Assembly: GCA_946965045.2 (NCBI GenBank)
Contig: OX337229.1
Location: 1,612,001-1,676,000, forward strand
DNA length: 64,000 bases
Direction of reading: 5' to 3'
Origin: Epithemia pelagica
Taxonomy: Eukaryota > Protista > Bacillariophyta
Below are positions 1-11,018 of the stretch, in pieces. A program made the position numbers and the translations under genes. Positions within the stretch are counted from its first letter, which is position 1. Every line of letters starts with the position of its first letter. A model generated the notes under the pieces. That model was not told where the DNA came from and ran no database searches. It saw only the letters and a list, made by a program, of their open reading frames with translations.

Positions 1-8
1 ATCAACTC

Positions 9-2111
9 ATGGAGTATATCGAACGAGATAACCAAGCTCAAACCTCTGGAGATAATCTTTTCAGGTTCAGGGACGTCATTGCCCATCAAGGCCCACTGAA
101 CACAACTGATCCAGATTACAAGGGGAGCAAATATAATTTGCTTGTCGATTGGGAAACTGGGGAGACTACCTATGAACCTTTATCACTCATCGCCAATGAT
201 GATCCGATCACTGTAGCAATTTATGGAAAGAAACATGGTTTACTCAACGAACCTGGATGGAAGCATTTGAAACGTTATGTCAAAACAAGCAAACGTCTCA
301 TTCGAGCAGCCAAACAGTCAAGGATTAAACAAGTTCACCATTCCGTCAAGTATAAGTTTGGATTCTAAGTACCACGCAATTATGAGGAAGCTGTCGCTCT
401 TGATAAACAACATGGCAACACAAAGTGGCAGGATGCAACAGAATTAGAATTGTCACAGATCCAGTCCTACAAGACATTCAAGGATTTTGGGAAAGCCATC
501 TTCATTAAAGGGAAAGTATCCAATGCACCTGAAGGATATCATAAGATACGTGTACATCTTGTCTTTGACGTAAAACATGATGGACGACATAAAGCAAGAC
601 TTGTCGCAGATGGACATCTCACAAAAGAACCTGTTGAGACAATCTATTCAGGTGTTGTTTCCATTCGCAACCTCCGCATTGCCTTATTCCTGGGTACTTT
701 GAATGACTTGGAAATATGGGGAGCAGATATTGGAAACGCATACCTGGAAGCCTTGACAGGGGAGAAAATTTTCATTGTCGCAGGACCTGAATTCAAGGAA
801 TTAGAAGGTCACATCCTGATTATATACAAGGCACTTTATGGATTGAAGTCATAAGGCGCACGCTGGCATGATGTCTTATTTGATGTTTTGACAGACATGG
901 GATTTTCACCAAGCAAAGCAGATCCGGATATCTGGATGAGGAAAGCACCTGGAGAAGACTGTTACGAATACATTGCCGTATACGTTGATGACTTAGCCAT
1001 TATTTCTACTGATCCTGGGAATATCTGCAAGATCCTGAAGGAGAAATACAACTTCAAACTCAAAGGAGATGGACCTATTGATTTCCACTTGGGATGTTGT
1101 TACACCAAGGATTCTGATGGAACATTAGTAGCAGATCCAAGACGCTACATTGGTAAGATGATGGACACTTTCGAACGAATCTTCAAGGAGAAACCCAAGA
1201 AAGCCAAAACACCTCTTATTGGTGGAGACCATCCTGAATTGGATGATTCTGAGCTGCTTGATGAAGAAGGTACTAGCCATTTCCAAACTCTGATTGGACA
1301 ACTCCAATGGGTGATCACTATTGGTCGTTTCGACGTCTTCACCGCTACAATGACGCTATCACGCTTTCGTGCTGCTCCGAGGAAAGGACATCTTGATAGA
1401 GCCAAGCGTATCTATGGATACCTTGCACATCTCCCAGAAGGCGCAATCAGATTTAGGATTGGAGAGCCTGATTATTCAAGTCTTCCTACCCAAGAATTTG
1501 ATTGGACTCGCACTGTCTATTCAAATGCAAGTGAACGTATTCCTGAAGACTGCCCAACACCTCTTGGCCGCTATGTTACCACAACTCATTATGTTGATGC
1601 CAATCTCATGCATGACATAGTCACTGGTAAATCCGTCACTGCTGTTCTACATTTGTTGAACGGAACACCTATTGACTGGTACAGCAAGAGACAGAGCACG
1701 GTGGAAACTGCTACCTATGGATCCAAGTTTGTGGCTGCAAGGACAGCAATAGATCAGATTACAGAATTACGACATTCTCTCCGCTACCTTGGAGTACCTA
1801 TCCGAGAGCGAAGTTACATGTACGGAGATAACAGATCTGTTGTGCTCAATGCAACCGTTCCTCATTCCATACTATCCAAGAGACACCATCTTCTGTCATA
1901 CCACCGAGTTCGTGAAGCCATCGCAGCAAAGTATGTTGCATTCTACTGGAAAGATGGAAAGACCAACCCTGCCGATATCCTTAGCAAACATTGGGATTTT
2001 GTATCTATTTGGCCCATGCTCAAGCCATTGTTGTTTTGGAAAGGAGAAGTTCAAGACCTCAACAAATCCAATGATGACAAGGCTGAAACGACGAGTTGTG
2101 GGGAGTGTTAG
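9..2111 (+). pseudogene. Copia pol (integrase C-terminal region, RT, RNase H) interrupted by two in-frame stop codons
   Basis: ORFs 9-368, 450-854 and 888-2111 share one frame. TAA at 366-368 (KFGF*VPRNYEEA) and TAA at 852-854 (GLKS*GARWHD) interrupt conserved sequence that continues in frame. Confidence 0.85.
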
Positions 2112-2724
2112 AATTCTCACCGTCTATGGTGGTTAGATTCTACATCTCATCGATTCCCCATGTCACATAGCCTCGTGCTATCGCATCATGCCATCTAGCT
2201 TCGAGCTATGTTCCCTAGCTTCGCGCTGTATCGACCTATATTTCTTCGCAAATCATGAAAAGTGAGAATAGATTGACGAACTCACTCTCAAGACTAAACT
2301 GGGTCGTGCGGTATTACAACGGACGTAAATTTGGCCGTTGCTCGGACATTATACTAACGCCCTAAGCGTACGCGCCCGAAATCATCGAGCGCGCCCAAGC
2401 GACATCCGAGCGCTGTCGGCATCTATCCGACCCAACGGTCTAAGTATCCCAAGCACGACACACGATCACGCGAGACCATATTTCCATTCCCACAATCTCC
2501 AAATTGTCAACAAGCTGCGCGCCATGAAAACAACTATGCCAACCCAAAGCAAGAGCTGTTGACCCTGTATATGTTATCCGTCCACATATACATGTCATAT
2601 ACATCACATGAATCGACTCCAACTATTCCAAACCTGTTGCCGCCAAGAACCTATGACACATGACCCTTGGCAGGACCGAACATTTCACGTAGACCTATCG
2701 TAGTAATCAACACACAATCTAACA
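2106..2724 (+). repeat. Probable 3' LTR of the copia element (619 bp)
   Basis: Starts TGTTAGA directly after the PPT; ends TCTAACA (2718-2724), a perfect 7-bp inverted match with TG...CA termini. The 5' LTR is not in the window for confirmation. Confidence 0.75.
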
Positions 2725-2925
2725 ATATCACCATTTATCACATCTTCTTTTGTGTCCCGACTATCCTTCTGATAGACTTCGACTTGCTTGCTTCTCTGAC
2801 CCTGAGAAGCTTGTATCGGTTGGTGACCTACCTGATTGTCTGCTCTACCGAGCATCAATGCCTCTGCAATTCCAAGAGAATTGTAACAAGAACAAGGCGA
2901 TTCCGGCAACCAAGAATGGCAAGAG

Positions 2926-3352
2926 TCATTTGGTCATGAGCAGCAACCACATGGACGACTCCAAAAAGCCAGCCAGCACCAAACCAGTTCTGGAGGAACC
3001 GGTTCTGATTGCCACGGGTGAATTGCTCCACTCGGGCGGTAGTCGTAGTCTTTTGTCGGTTTGTTCCTCCTCGTCTTCGGGATCGATCCACCCCAGACTT
3101 TTCAAAACCGCTTTGTTCCATCCACTCCAATTGCGGTGTCGTTCCGTCTCTGTCATGCGGGGCAGGTAGCTTTGGGACACGGCCCACAAGGTTTTTATTT
3201 CATCGACACTGTCCCAAACTCGCGTGGCCAATCCGGCACAAAAGGCGACACCAAGCGACGTGGTTTCCTTGATTTTGGGTTTGACCACGGAAACATTGAG
3301 CATGTCGGCTTGAAATTGCATTATGAGATTGTTGGCCGTACCACCGCCATCA
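2926..3352 (-). pseudogene. Glycerol kinase (FGGY) C-terminal fragment, 5'-truncated
   Basis: DGGGTANNLIMQFQADMLNVSVVKPKIKETTSLGVAF...WNKAVLKSLGW matches the last ~100 aa of glycerol kinase. No N-terminal kinase sequence (DQGTSSTR) or suitable splice acceptor is visible upstream. Confidence 0.75.
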
Positions 3353-3748
3353 TTCGCAATGAAGGCGAAGAAGAAGAATCCACCTTGGTGGGAACCAGTT
3401 ACTATTCGTCCGCGGCCACACCCAAAGGTTTGTGGCCAGGATGGGCCAAAGTCCTCTTGGCCTGTACGGCACCCACGACGGGACGTGGGGCGGTCGATGG
3501 GTGCAGCACTACTCCAGAACTTGTTGTTCTTGTTTGCTTTAGTTCTAGTATGTGTGTTCGTTTTGAGATTTGTGAGTGCGGGCATGGACGAGTTTTTCGC
3601 GCCTCATGGCGCACTTCTTAATTAAGGAAAATTTGTTGGCTGGCGTGACATTTGGTCCGTTCGGAACCTATTCCAACCGACACGACCCACATCGGCCTCA
3701 TATTTTCCGTGGATCTCCTGTTACACCACCGCGAAAGAGAATACCACC

Positions 3749-4363
3749 ATGTCGACAACTATCAACGGCCGTCGTACAAGTTTGCGCTATCAAGCGCGCA
3801 TCAAAGCAGCCTCAGGAGCTGATGCAGCTTCGCAGTGCACAAGCTCCATTCTTGCTCCTTCTGTTTCCGTTTCCAACCAACCCGCGTCCCGGTTGTCGCA
3901 TCGCAAAAAGACGACGAAAACTAAGAAGGCAGTGGCAACCAAGAAAAAGAACATGAAGGCAAAGGAGAAGGTGGCGATGGACGTTTCAGATCTCAAGGAT
4001 ATGGAAGCCAAGACGGTGCATGCCAAGATTGTCCCCAAAAAGAATCATGTTGCTGTTTTGTATCCAGCACCCGAGAAGAAGTTGTCCTCATCTCCGTCCC
4101 CCCCTTGCTTTGACTTGATGATGACGATGCACTTCAAGAACATTGAGACATCATGCAACAATCAGCAATGTTCCAATACTGTAAGGAAGTCCGTGGAAAT
4201 GCCAAGCAACTTTGATGACGACAATAATGAAAATGATTCATCCAATGAAAACTTGTCCAGCAAATTTGGAAAGCGCAATTCTTCAATTGGTGTCGATAGC
4301 AACCTGTCCTTTGAGTTCTCTGAGACTCAGGAGCCAAGTGTTGCCTACAAGTTCGAATACTAG
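3749..4363 (+). CDS. Hypothetical 204-aa Lys/Ser-rich protein, no recognisable domain
   Basis: ATG-to-TAG open frame, basic N-terminal half and Ser/Asn-rich C-terminal half; no family recognised. Confidence 0.3.
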   Translation: MSTTINGRRTSLRYQARIKAASGADAASQCTSSILAPSVSVSNQPASRLSHRKKTTKTKKAVATKKKNMKAKEKVAMDVSDLKDMEAKTVHAKIVPKKNHVAVLYPAPEKKLSSSPSPPCFDLMMTMHFKNIETSCNNQQCSNTVRKSVEMPSNFDDDNNENDSSNENLSSKFGKRNSSIGVDSNLSFEFSETQEPSVAYKFEY

Positions 4364-4697
4364 GACGTAGTAAGTCTAAAAGCCGAGCTTTACATGAGTT
4401 TCTATAATGTGCCCATAATGTGCCCACACACGTTGCACACACCACAAGCTTCTAGTAGAGGCGCTCCTATGACCCCCATTTGTCCTATGTAGGCCAAATG
4501 GGGCATCAAATGGTGACAGAGGATGCCTTAAAGATTGGTAAGATGCATCAGATCATTGTCGTAGGGCTAATATTGATCGAGTTCTATCTACCTAAAATGT
4601 TGTGCCCAACGGGACATTTTCGCACGTAATGGGCACACCCGGAGGTAAGGCACTAGATTCAGATTCTATTGATATGAGGTAAACATACTGAGTCACA

Positions 4698-4787
4698 GAT
4701 GTCGGAGGATTTGGGAGATGTCGGATGATGTCGGATGATGTCGGATGATGTCGGAGGATGTCGGATGATGTCGGAGGATGTCGGATG
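4698..4787 (+). repeat. Tandem array of 10-bp unit GATGTCGGA(T/G)
   Basis: Seven contiguous units 4717-4786, preceded by one good and one degenerate unit. Confidence 0.95.
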
Positions 4788-4935
4788 TTTTTATCGCCAA
4801 AAGAATCTTTACTCTCCAGCAGTTGGAATTCGTCAAGAGAAATCACACGGTCACAAGTCAATGATTGACAGTGGGCCCATCTACTGAAAGAGCACCGCTG
4901 GATTTTGAAACAAACCATGTTTCCGCGCGAGCCCG

Positions 4936-5021
4936 AAACGACATCAAACGACATCAAACGACATCAAACAACATCAAACGACATCAAACGACATACCAAA
5001 CGACATACCAAACGACATTCC
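4936..5021 (+). repeat. Tandem array of 10-12-bp unit AAACGACATC/AAACGACATACC
   Basis: Eight units: five 10-mers then three 12-mers. The core CGACATC is the reverse complement of the GATGTCG core of the 4698-4787 array. Confidence 0.95.
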
Positions 5022-5428
5022 CGTTTGTTCCATACTAGAGAATGGGAAACCATATTCTATGGCATCATAATACGTGCTTTGTAATAATATCGATCTTAGT
5101 TTTTGGATTCGCCCGTTGGGTATTGGTACAGAATATGCGACTCACGTGTATTTACCGGAAGTTGCTGGTAATATGAAAGACTGTGACAATGACGGTGATG
5201 AGAGAGTTATTCGACTTCGCGGATCGCGGATGCAATGTGCGTCTTCGCAAACGCGACACAAAGGCGCTTTTGGACGCGTTGGGGTCGCTTCTTGGGTTTC
5301 CATCTCACAAACCACGTAACCTTCGCCTTCCGGGAAAGGGAAAAAAGACCGACAAAACTGTTGTAGTTGTAACGTCAATAGAAACTTTCCATACTCGAGC
5401 CACCATTGGCAAACATTCAAGTTTGAGA

Positions 5429-6022
5429 ATGAGACTTCCATCGAAAATTGTTATCATATTTGCCGTGGCACAGGTGTTGGACGCATTCTCGCCACTCGGC
5501 GTCCCTCGGACGACTCGACCAGCATCAAGACTGCATTTGGTGGCCGCACCTCCTCCTCCTGGTGAAGATAGTTCTGACAAACCACCCCAGGGGAGAGGTG
5601 GGATGCAGCCTGAAGAAGAGTTCAATTTGGAGGAAAGAGGCGCCACCGTGGATTGGGATGCTGAGTGGAAGAAAGTTGTCAAGGATCAACAAGCAGGTAA
5701 ATCTGTGGAACGACCTGGTGAAGGATACTACAAGTCGGAGGCAGAAATTGCAGCTATACGGGCAGCGAACAAGGCAACTGAGCAGATGGGTCGAGCAGCC
5801 AGTCAGATGCCATCAATGCCGTCGTTTGATTCCCTCAAGGGTGACTGGAAGGTATGTAACCATGCTTCATTATCTTCTATGAAATGTAAGGGAAGTCTGA
5901 CAAATCTTTTTCCTTAGTTCTGGATTGGCATCATTGTCATCATCAGCGTCGGAACATCCCTTCTGACTGCTTCAGTGCCAGTGTCTGACAGTATGTCGTC
6001 GGGTGGTTCCTACTACATTTAG
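5429..6022 (+). CDS. Hypothetical plastid-targeted membrane protein, 2 exons (5429-5851, 5918-6022)
   Basis: Signal peptide ending VLDA|FSP (ASAF-like); GT-AG intron 5852-5917 restores a frame with a C-terminal TM helix (FWIGIIVIISVGTSLL); WDAEW motif. Confidence 0.8.
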
Positions 6023-6815
6023 AGGGCAAATCATCCTCCTGGTAACGTCTGTCGTTTTCATGCTTCGCCGCCTTCTGGCTCGATGCATTGTCGCGCATTA
6101 TCTGCAAGGTTTACCTAGACCGCCGCCCTTGTCCTCACGTGTGGTAGATCCCTTGCCTCAACATAATTGCACAATCCACCTACCTAGAGCTTTTTAAACA
6201 AAGCGTACTATATTTTCTGCATCTTTCTTGTCACCTTTGAATTTGACGATCGCTTGTTTGTTGTCGCCTGAGCAAATGGGTTTAACAAACTGCCGTCATC
6301 TTGCCCACATTCTGTGCATGATTCGATTTGGTTTGTCGTCACAAGCCATTGAATTTCATTGTGGAGCTGCCGTCATCTTCCTACACTTGTTGACTCGAAG
6401 AGGCTGTGATGGAAATGCTGTAAGAAGGCATGTCTCGACTTTGACTAAGAGACGAAACGGAAAGATGTCATTCTAAACCCGCATGCGTCGTTCATGGCAG
6501 TTTCATACTGTTAGCTAGGTTTTAAATCTCACAATTCTATCATGTACAATTTCACATATTCGTGGGAAATGGGACAATTCTCCATTGTATGAATTCACAA
6601 ATGCCTGTCGGTTCAATACGTCAATAACCTGTAATAATCTTGCTTGGTCCCCTCTGCAAACCATCAAGCCACACGGAGAATATCTGTTCTTGGCCAAATC
6701 GTTTCATAGATTGAAAGGCCTATGAACAGTTTCCTCTAGAGTAGCTGCGTAGCTTCCTACCTGATCGATCTCGGCATTTTCAAAACCCTTTCACCTGTCA
6801 CAAGTCACAAAATGA

Positions 6816-8198
6816 TCATCCTCTCCGCCCACTCAAGAAATCTGGCACATCTGTCTTGGCCTCTTCAGCTTCCAGTTGTTTACTTCCATTGAAACCAGTA
6901 GCCAGAACAGTTATTGAGACTTCGTCAACAATCTCGTCATCTACCAAGGCACCAAATATTACATTTGCATCCTCATGCACATTGTCATAAATGACACGTG
7001 CAGCCCTGTTGACTTCTTGTAATGACAAGTTTCGTGGCCCCAGAATATTGAACACAACACCCGTTGCGTCTTGCACAGGTTCGTCTAGAAGAGGACTGCT
7101 AATTGCAGCTATTGCAGCATCTTCAGCACTGGTCTTCCCAACACCAGTACCAATGCCCATTAGTGCACTCCCCGCATCTTTCATCACAGACCGGACATCT
7201 GCGAAATCCACATTGATCAGACCTGGTCGGACAATAATCTCTGATATACCCACAACACCTTGTCGCAAGATATCATCGGCAACTCGAAATGCGGCAGTCA
7301 CCGGTGTATCATCAGGAATGATTTCCAGCAGTTTGTTGTTGCTCACTATGATCACTGTATCTACATTTTTTCGTAAGCGATCAATTGCATCGGTTGCTTG
7401 TCTCATTCGTCTTCTTCCTTCAAATGCAAAGGGTTTCGTCACAATGGCCACTGTCAAGGCGCCGCTCTCTTTGGCAATCTCAGCTACTACTGGGGCTGCC
7501 CCAGACCCAGTACCTCCTCCCATACCGGAAGTGATGAAACATAGATCAGTACCTTGAATCATAGTGGCGATGTCTGCGGCAGATTCTTCTGCAGCCATTT
7601 CGCCTATAGCTGGATCTCCTCCAGCTCCAAGTCCACGCGTTACAGATGAACCAATGTTCAACACTTTGGCTCCCAAGGCCTTACTTCGGCCAAGAGCTTG
7701 TGCATCGGTATTGATCGCCCAGTACTCAACTCCCCCCACCGCTGTTTCCAACATCCGATCTACCTGCAATCATCATGAAATACCACACCAAACAATAGAG
7801 CGCGAAAAACGAAAAAATTCATTAACCTTCAAGTTTCAGATAAAATACGACAGGTTCACATCGATCGTCAGACCTACCGCATTGCATCCTCCCCCTCCAA
7901 CTCCTAGAACTCGAATAACACAAGGACTAAGACCTCCATCGGGCATCAGAGGTTCCACAGATGATTTCATGCCTGGTATATCCTTCGTATTCCGAAATCC
8001 CAGAAATGTTCCTCTGCCATTCGGTAGTCGATGAGGTTGGCGTTTTGTGACCAAATCATCTTCGTTGCCGCTTCGTGTGCTTGGAATATCCAAAGATCTT
8101 GCTGTCCTCCATCTATGTCTATTCAGTGGTATGTCGAAGCAGTGCGCCTGGAAGCCCCCCAAGGCGAGCAGAAACACAATTTTTGTCGGCACTTTCAT
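6816..8198 (-). CDS. ftsZ: Plastid division protein FtsZ, 2 exons (8198-7878, 7763-6816)
   Basis: [15 protein letters not shown]|VDRM, tubulin signature [19 protein letters not shown]; bipartite presequence; GT-AG intron 7764-7877. Confidence 0.97.
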
Positions 8199-8805
8199 AA
8201 TTCCGCAACGACCACCCTCGTCGAGAAAACCTAGAGCCAACGATCGGATTACGGAGACGAGCCAAAAGGTCTCTGAGCAAAGAACGGTATGTATGGGATA
8301 AGAATTATTCCTTTAACAAGCTCGCCTCCACAGGATAGCAGCATTCACAACTTCTCGTGAGCGAGTTTCAAAATTAGCGAACCATCACGTGAAGACGCTG
8401 ACCACAACGCAACAACACGCACTACGAAAGCTCAACGTGTCAAAGATGTAGTGAACAGCACACAAGGGCACGCCGGCTTGCGTCCCAAAAAATTCGCTCT
8501 GTGACGACGGATTGACGGCCAGACCGCTCTGACCGCACCTACGTCACAAAGCAAAGATACTTCACTTTCCCGTTGGAGTTGGAGGTTGCAGTGTTTTCTG
8601 CGACAGCAAGAAAAGATAAAGGGATGAGGGATAGATTTTAGAATCTCCTCGTAGCCGGTGGTGATGTCAAGGTCGGCTTCGGCAGTTGTTGTTGGTATTT
8701 GATATCCATTCCACATTTCTAGTTGGTGACTGCAAACGTCGATCGATTGTCTAAACGATTGCCGTAGAGACAAGCCTCACATTCCAGAGCCAAGATAGTT
8801 GAAAG

Positions 8806-9539
8806 ATGAAGCAAATCATGTTCGCCACAACTACCAGACAACAAAGTCTCTTTTGGTTCAGATATGTTTGTTTTGCTTTGACAATCGCCGTTATGGCGAC
8901 ACCTCTCATGTCGTTTTCTCCAAGTCGATTACCATCTCGATCTGCGTCATGCGCGCAACGGGCCAGTATAACGCTCCTGATGAACGAACAAGACAATACA
9001 CCAGCACCTACCAGCTTCAGGGAAGCAGAGGTACTAGGCTTGAAGCTGATGCAAGAAGGCAGCTTTGAAGATGCTCTTGCTGGTACGTTCAATCTTCTTT
9101 CTCGGGAATATTTGTATATGTTTATGATGACGTCCCTCTCACTTTCATCGTCCTTAATTGGTTGGACTCAGCCTTCAAGAAGGGGCTCCAACTACCTGGC
9201 AGCAGGTCTGATGTTGTCCGAACAAAGTCTTTGTCTGGCCCATCACCGGTAGGTGGTTCGACGGGAGGTTTCGATAGTCAAAACATTCAAACTCTTGACG
9301 AGTTTGAATTGCAGGCAGCAAACTACAATATGGCATGCGCTCATGCGCAACTTGGCAATATCGCTGACTCTGTTTCGGCACTGGAGTCTGCCTTCAAAGC
9401 GGGATTTGATAATTTTGGCACCGTGAGAGGTGACCCCGATTTGGATCCTGTTAAGAAGGATAAAGGCTTTGAAAAGCTCATGGAGCAATACGAACCGAAG
9501 AAAGGTTTCAACCCATTTGGATTGTTTGGTGGAAAATGA
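8806..9539 (+). CDS. Plastid TPR protein, MET1-like C-terminal domain, 2 exons (8806-9082, 9172-9539)
   Basis: YNMACAHAQLG...SALESAFKAGFDNFGTVRGDPDL resembles the MET1/TPR domain; presequence; intron 9083-9171 joins the frames. Exact start ATG uncertain. Confidence 0.8.
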
Positions 9540-9754
9540 TTTGGCCATGCTGGATGGCATGTAGAATTATGGGTAACAGAGGCAGAACGTAATTACCCTA
9601 TCGATCTCGATCCGTTGGCGTCGGTGCCGATGGCGATGTGAACGCATTTCTCGTAGGTCACTGTGGAAACTTTTGTTGATACTTAAATTACTCCTATGGT
9701 TCGCTTGAATACACGCGATCGCCGCAATCACTAGTTATCATCTTTTCGATGCTT

Positions 9755-10515
9755 TTACAGTTCATCTTTCGAAGTTCCCTTGAGATATGTGAGCATAGTC
9801 TCAGCATCACTGACTACAAATGGATCGGGGTCTGAGTTTTGAACGCGGTCTGGTTCCACAAAAATCTTTTCAATCACGCCATTGTTCACAACCATACTGT
9901 AACGCCACGACCTTTCTCCAAAGCCTCGGTTGGACTCCCAAACGCTCGACATTCCCATGCCTCGAGTGAAATGAGCAGCTCCATCAGGGATCAACTTCAC
10001 CTTGGTAAATCCGAGAGAGCCTGGTGTCTTGTCTTCCGTCAGGCCCAAGTCCAGGCCCCACTTGCGCATCACAAATGCATCATTGACAGAGAGGCCTATT
10101 GAGGAAAACAACACAATCAGTCGACATTTTCATCAGTCATTTTAATGTTTGGTAGTCTTCAAGATTGTCGTGTCCACTTACAGTAAACTTCATCGATTCC
10201 GTTGGCCTTGATTTCGTCGTAGGCCTCCTCATAGCCAGGGAGGTGTGTACTGCTGCACGTCGGAGTGAAGGCCCCTGGAAGAGAGAAGATCACAACACGT
10301 TTACCAGAGAAATAGTCCGCCGTAGTCATTGTCTTCCAATCGAAGGAGCTGTCCTCAAGTCTCACCCTAGTCAAAAAGTTGACGTCAGGGACCTTGTCGC
10401 CCTCCTTTTTCTCGACAAGCCATTCTCTCTTCACTTCATGTGAGAAGCTAGAAGAGGCCTCCGAGAGTTTGACAAAGAGAGGCAGTAAGACAGCTACAAT
10501 TTCGACAAGCTTCAT
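9755..10515 (-). CDS. Type II (Prx5-like) peroxiredoxin with signal peptide and C-terminal KDEL, 2 exons (10515-10182, 10095-9755)
   Basis: FSLPGAFTPTCSSTHLPGY active site, VYC|LSVNDAFVM, RSWRYSM; intron 10096-10181; ends GTSKDEL*. Confidence 0.93.
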
Positions 10516-11018
10516 AGTTTTCACTCGAGATCTATTCAACCAACAAGAAAGTGTCGCTCAATGACGTGATCGGGATCTCGAGAGATGCATCTCTGCGCGA
10601 TCTTTCTTTGAGGTTCTTTTTGTGACGCCCCTCTATAGACGAAATCAAGAGGGGGCGAATATGGGGGTGGTTTTGGTGACCACAATCCATTCCGTGTTGT
10701 TGTCCCTATCATCATCATCCTGCTAAGCCCTAATCTGACCAATGACGTCTCTGTGATATACAATATTAAAGCAATTATAGAAACTCAACGCTCTTCAACT
10801 GGTAAGAGTAGTTGTATAATCATGCATCCAGTTCTCAAAGACAAGACATCCCTCATGGTAGCTGATTAGCATTTTGTCATGTGTCTATTCGTTCCATGTC
10901 TTGGTCCTGGACTCGGTATGGAGATGACGTTGATTCAAACCAACTATATTCGTGCGCCTCACTCCATGACCAAATGTTTCGTGTGGGCTGTTCACCATGC
11001 GCGCGTGTCCAAGTCGTC

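Larger units (their letters stand above)
1..2724 (+). mobile_element. Ty1/copia LTR retrotransposon (CoDi-like), 3' part including 3' LTR; 5' part lies outside the window
   Basis: Copia-type RT motifs (KARLVADGH, ADIGNAYLEA, YIAVYVDDL) followed by RNase H (YVDAN, STVETATYG, GDNRSV, NPADILSK); purine tract GGGGAG immediately before TGTTAGA at 2106. Confidence 0.95.

Noticed and set aside
366-854. Programmed readthrough or alternative genetic code in copia pol
   Set aside because: Host genes use TAA/TAG/TGA as normal stops, and the two stops replace different residues; simple mutation is sufficient.
4698-5021. CRISPR array
   Set aside because: Units are 10-12 bp and contiguous with no unique spacers; eukaryotic context, no cas genes.
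6991-8034. Long antisense ORFs over ftsZ (and similar shadow ORFs over PEPC, VPS4, FYVE-lipase and the transposases)
   Set aside because: Explained by codon bias of the real gene on the opposite strand.
6816-8198. Bacterial contamination or recent HGT suggested by ftsZ (and ppc)
   Set aside because: ftsZ has a spliceosomal intron, both have eukaryotic targeting presequences, and both sit among intron-containing genes.
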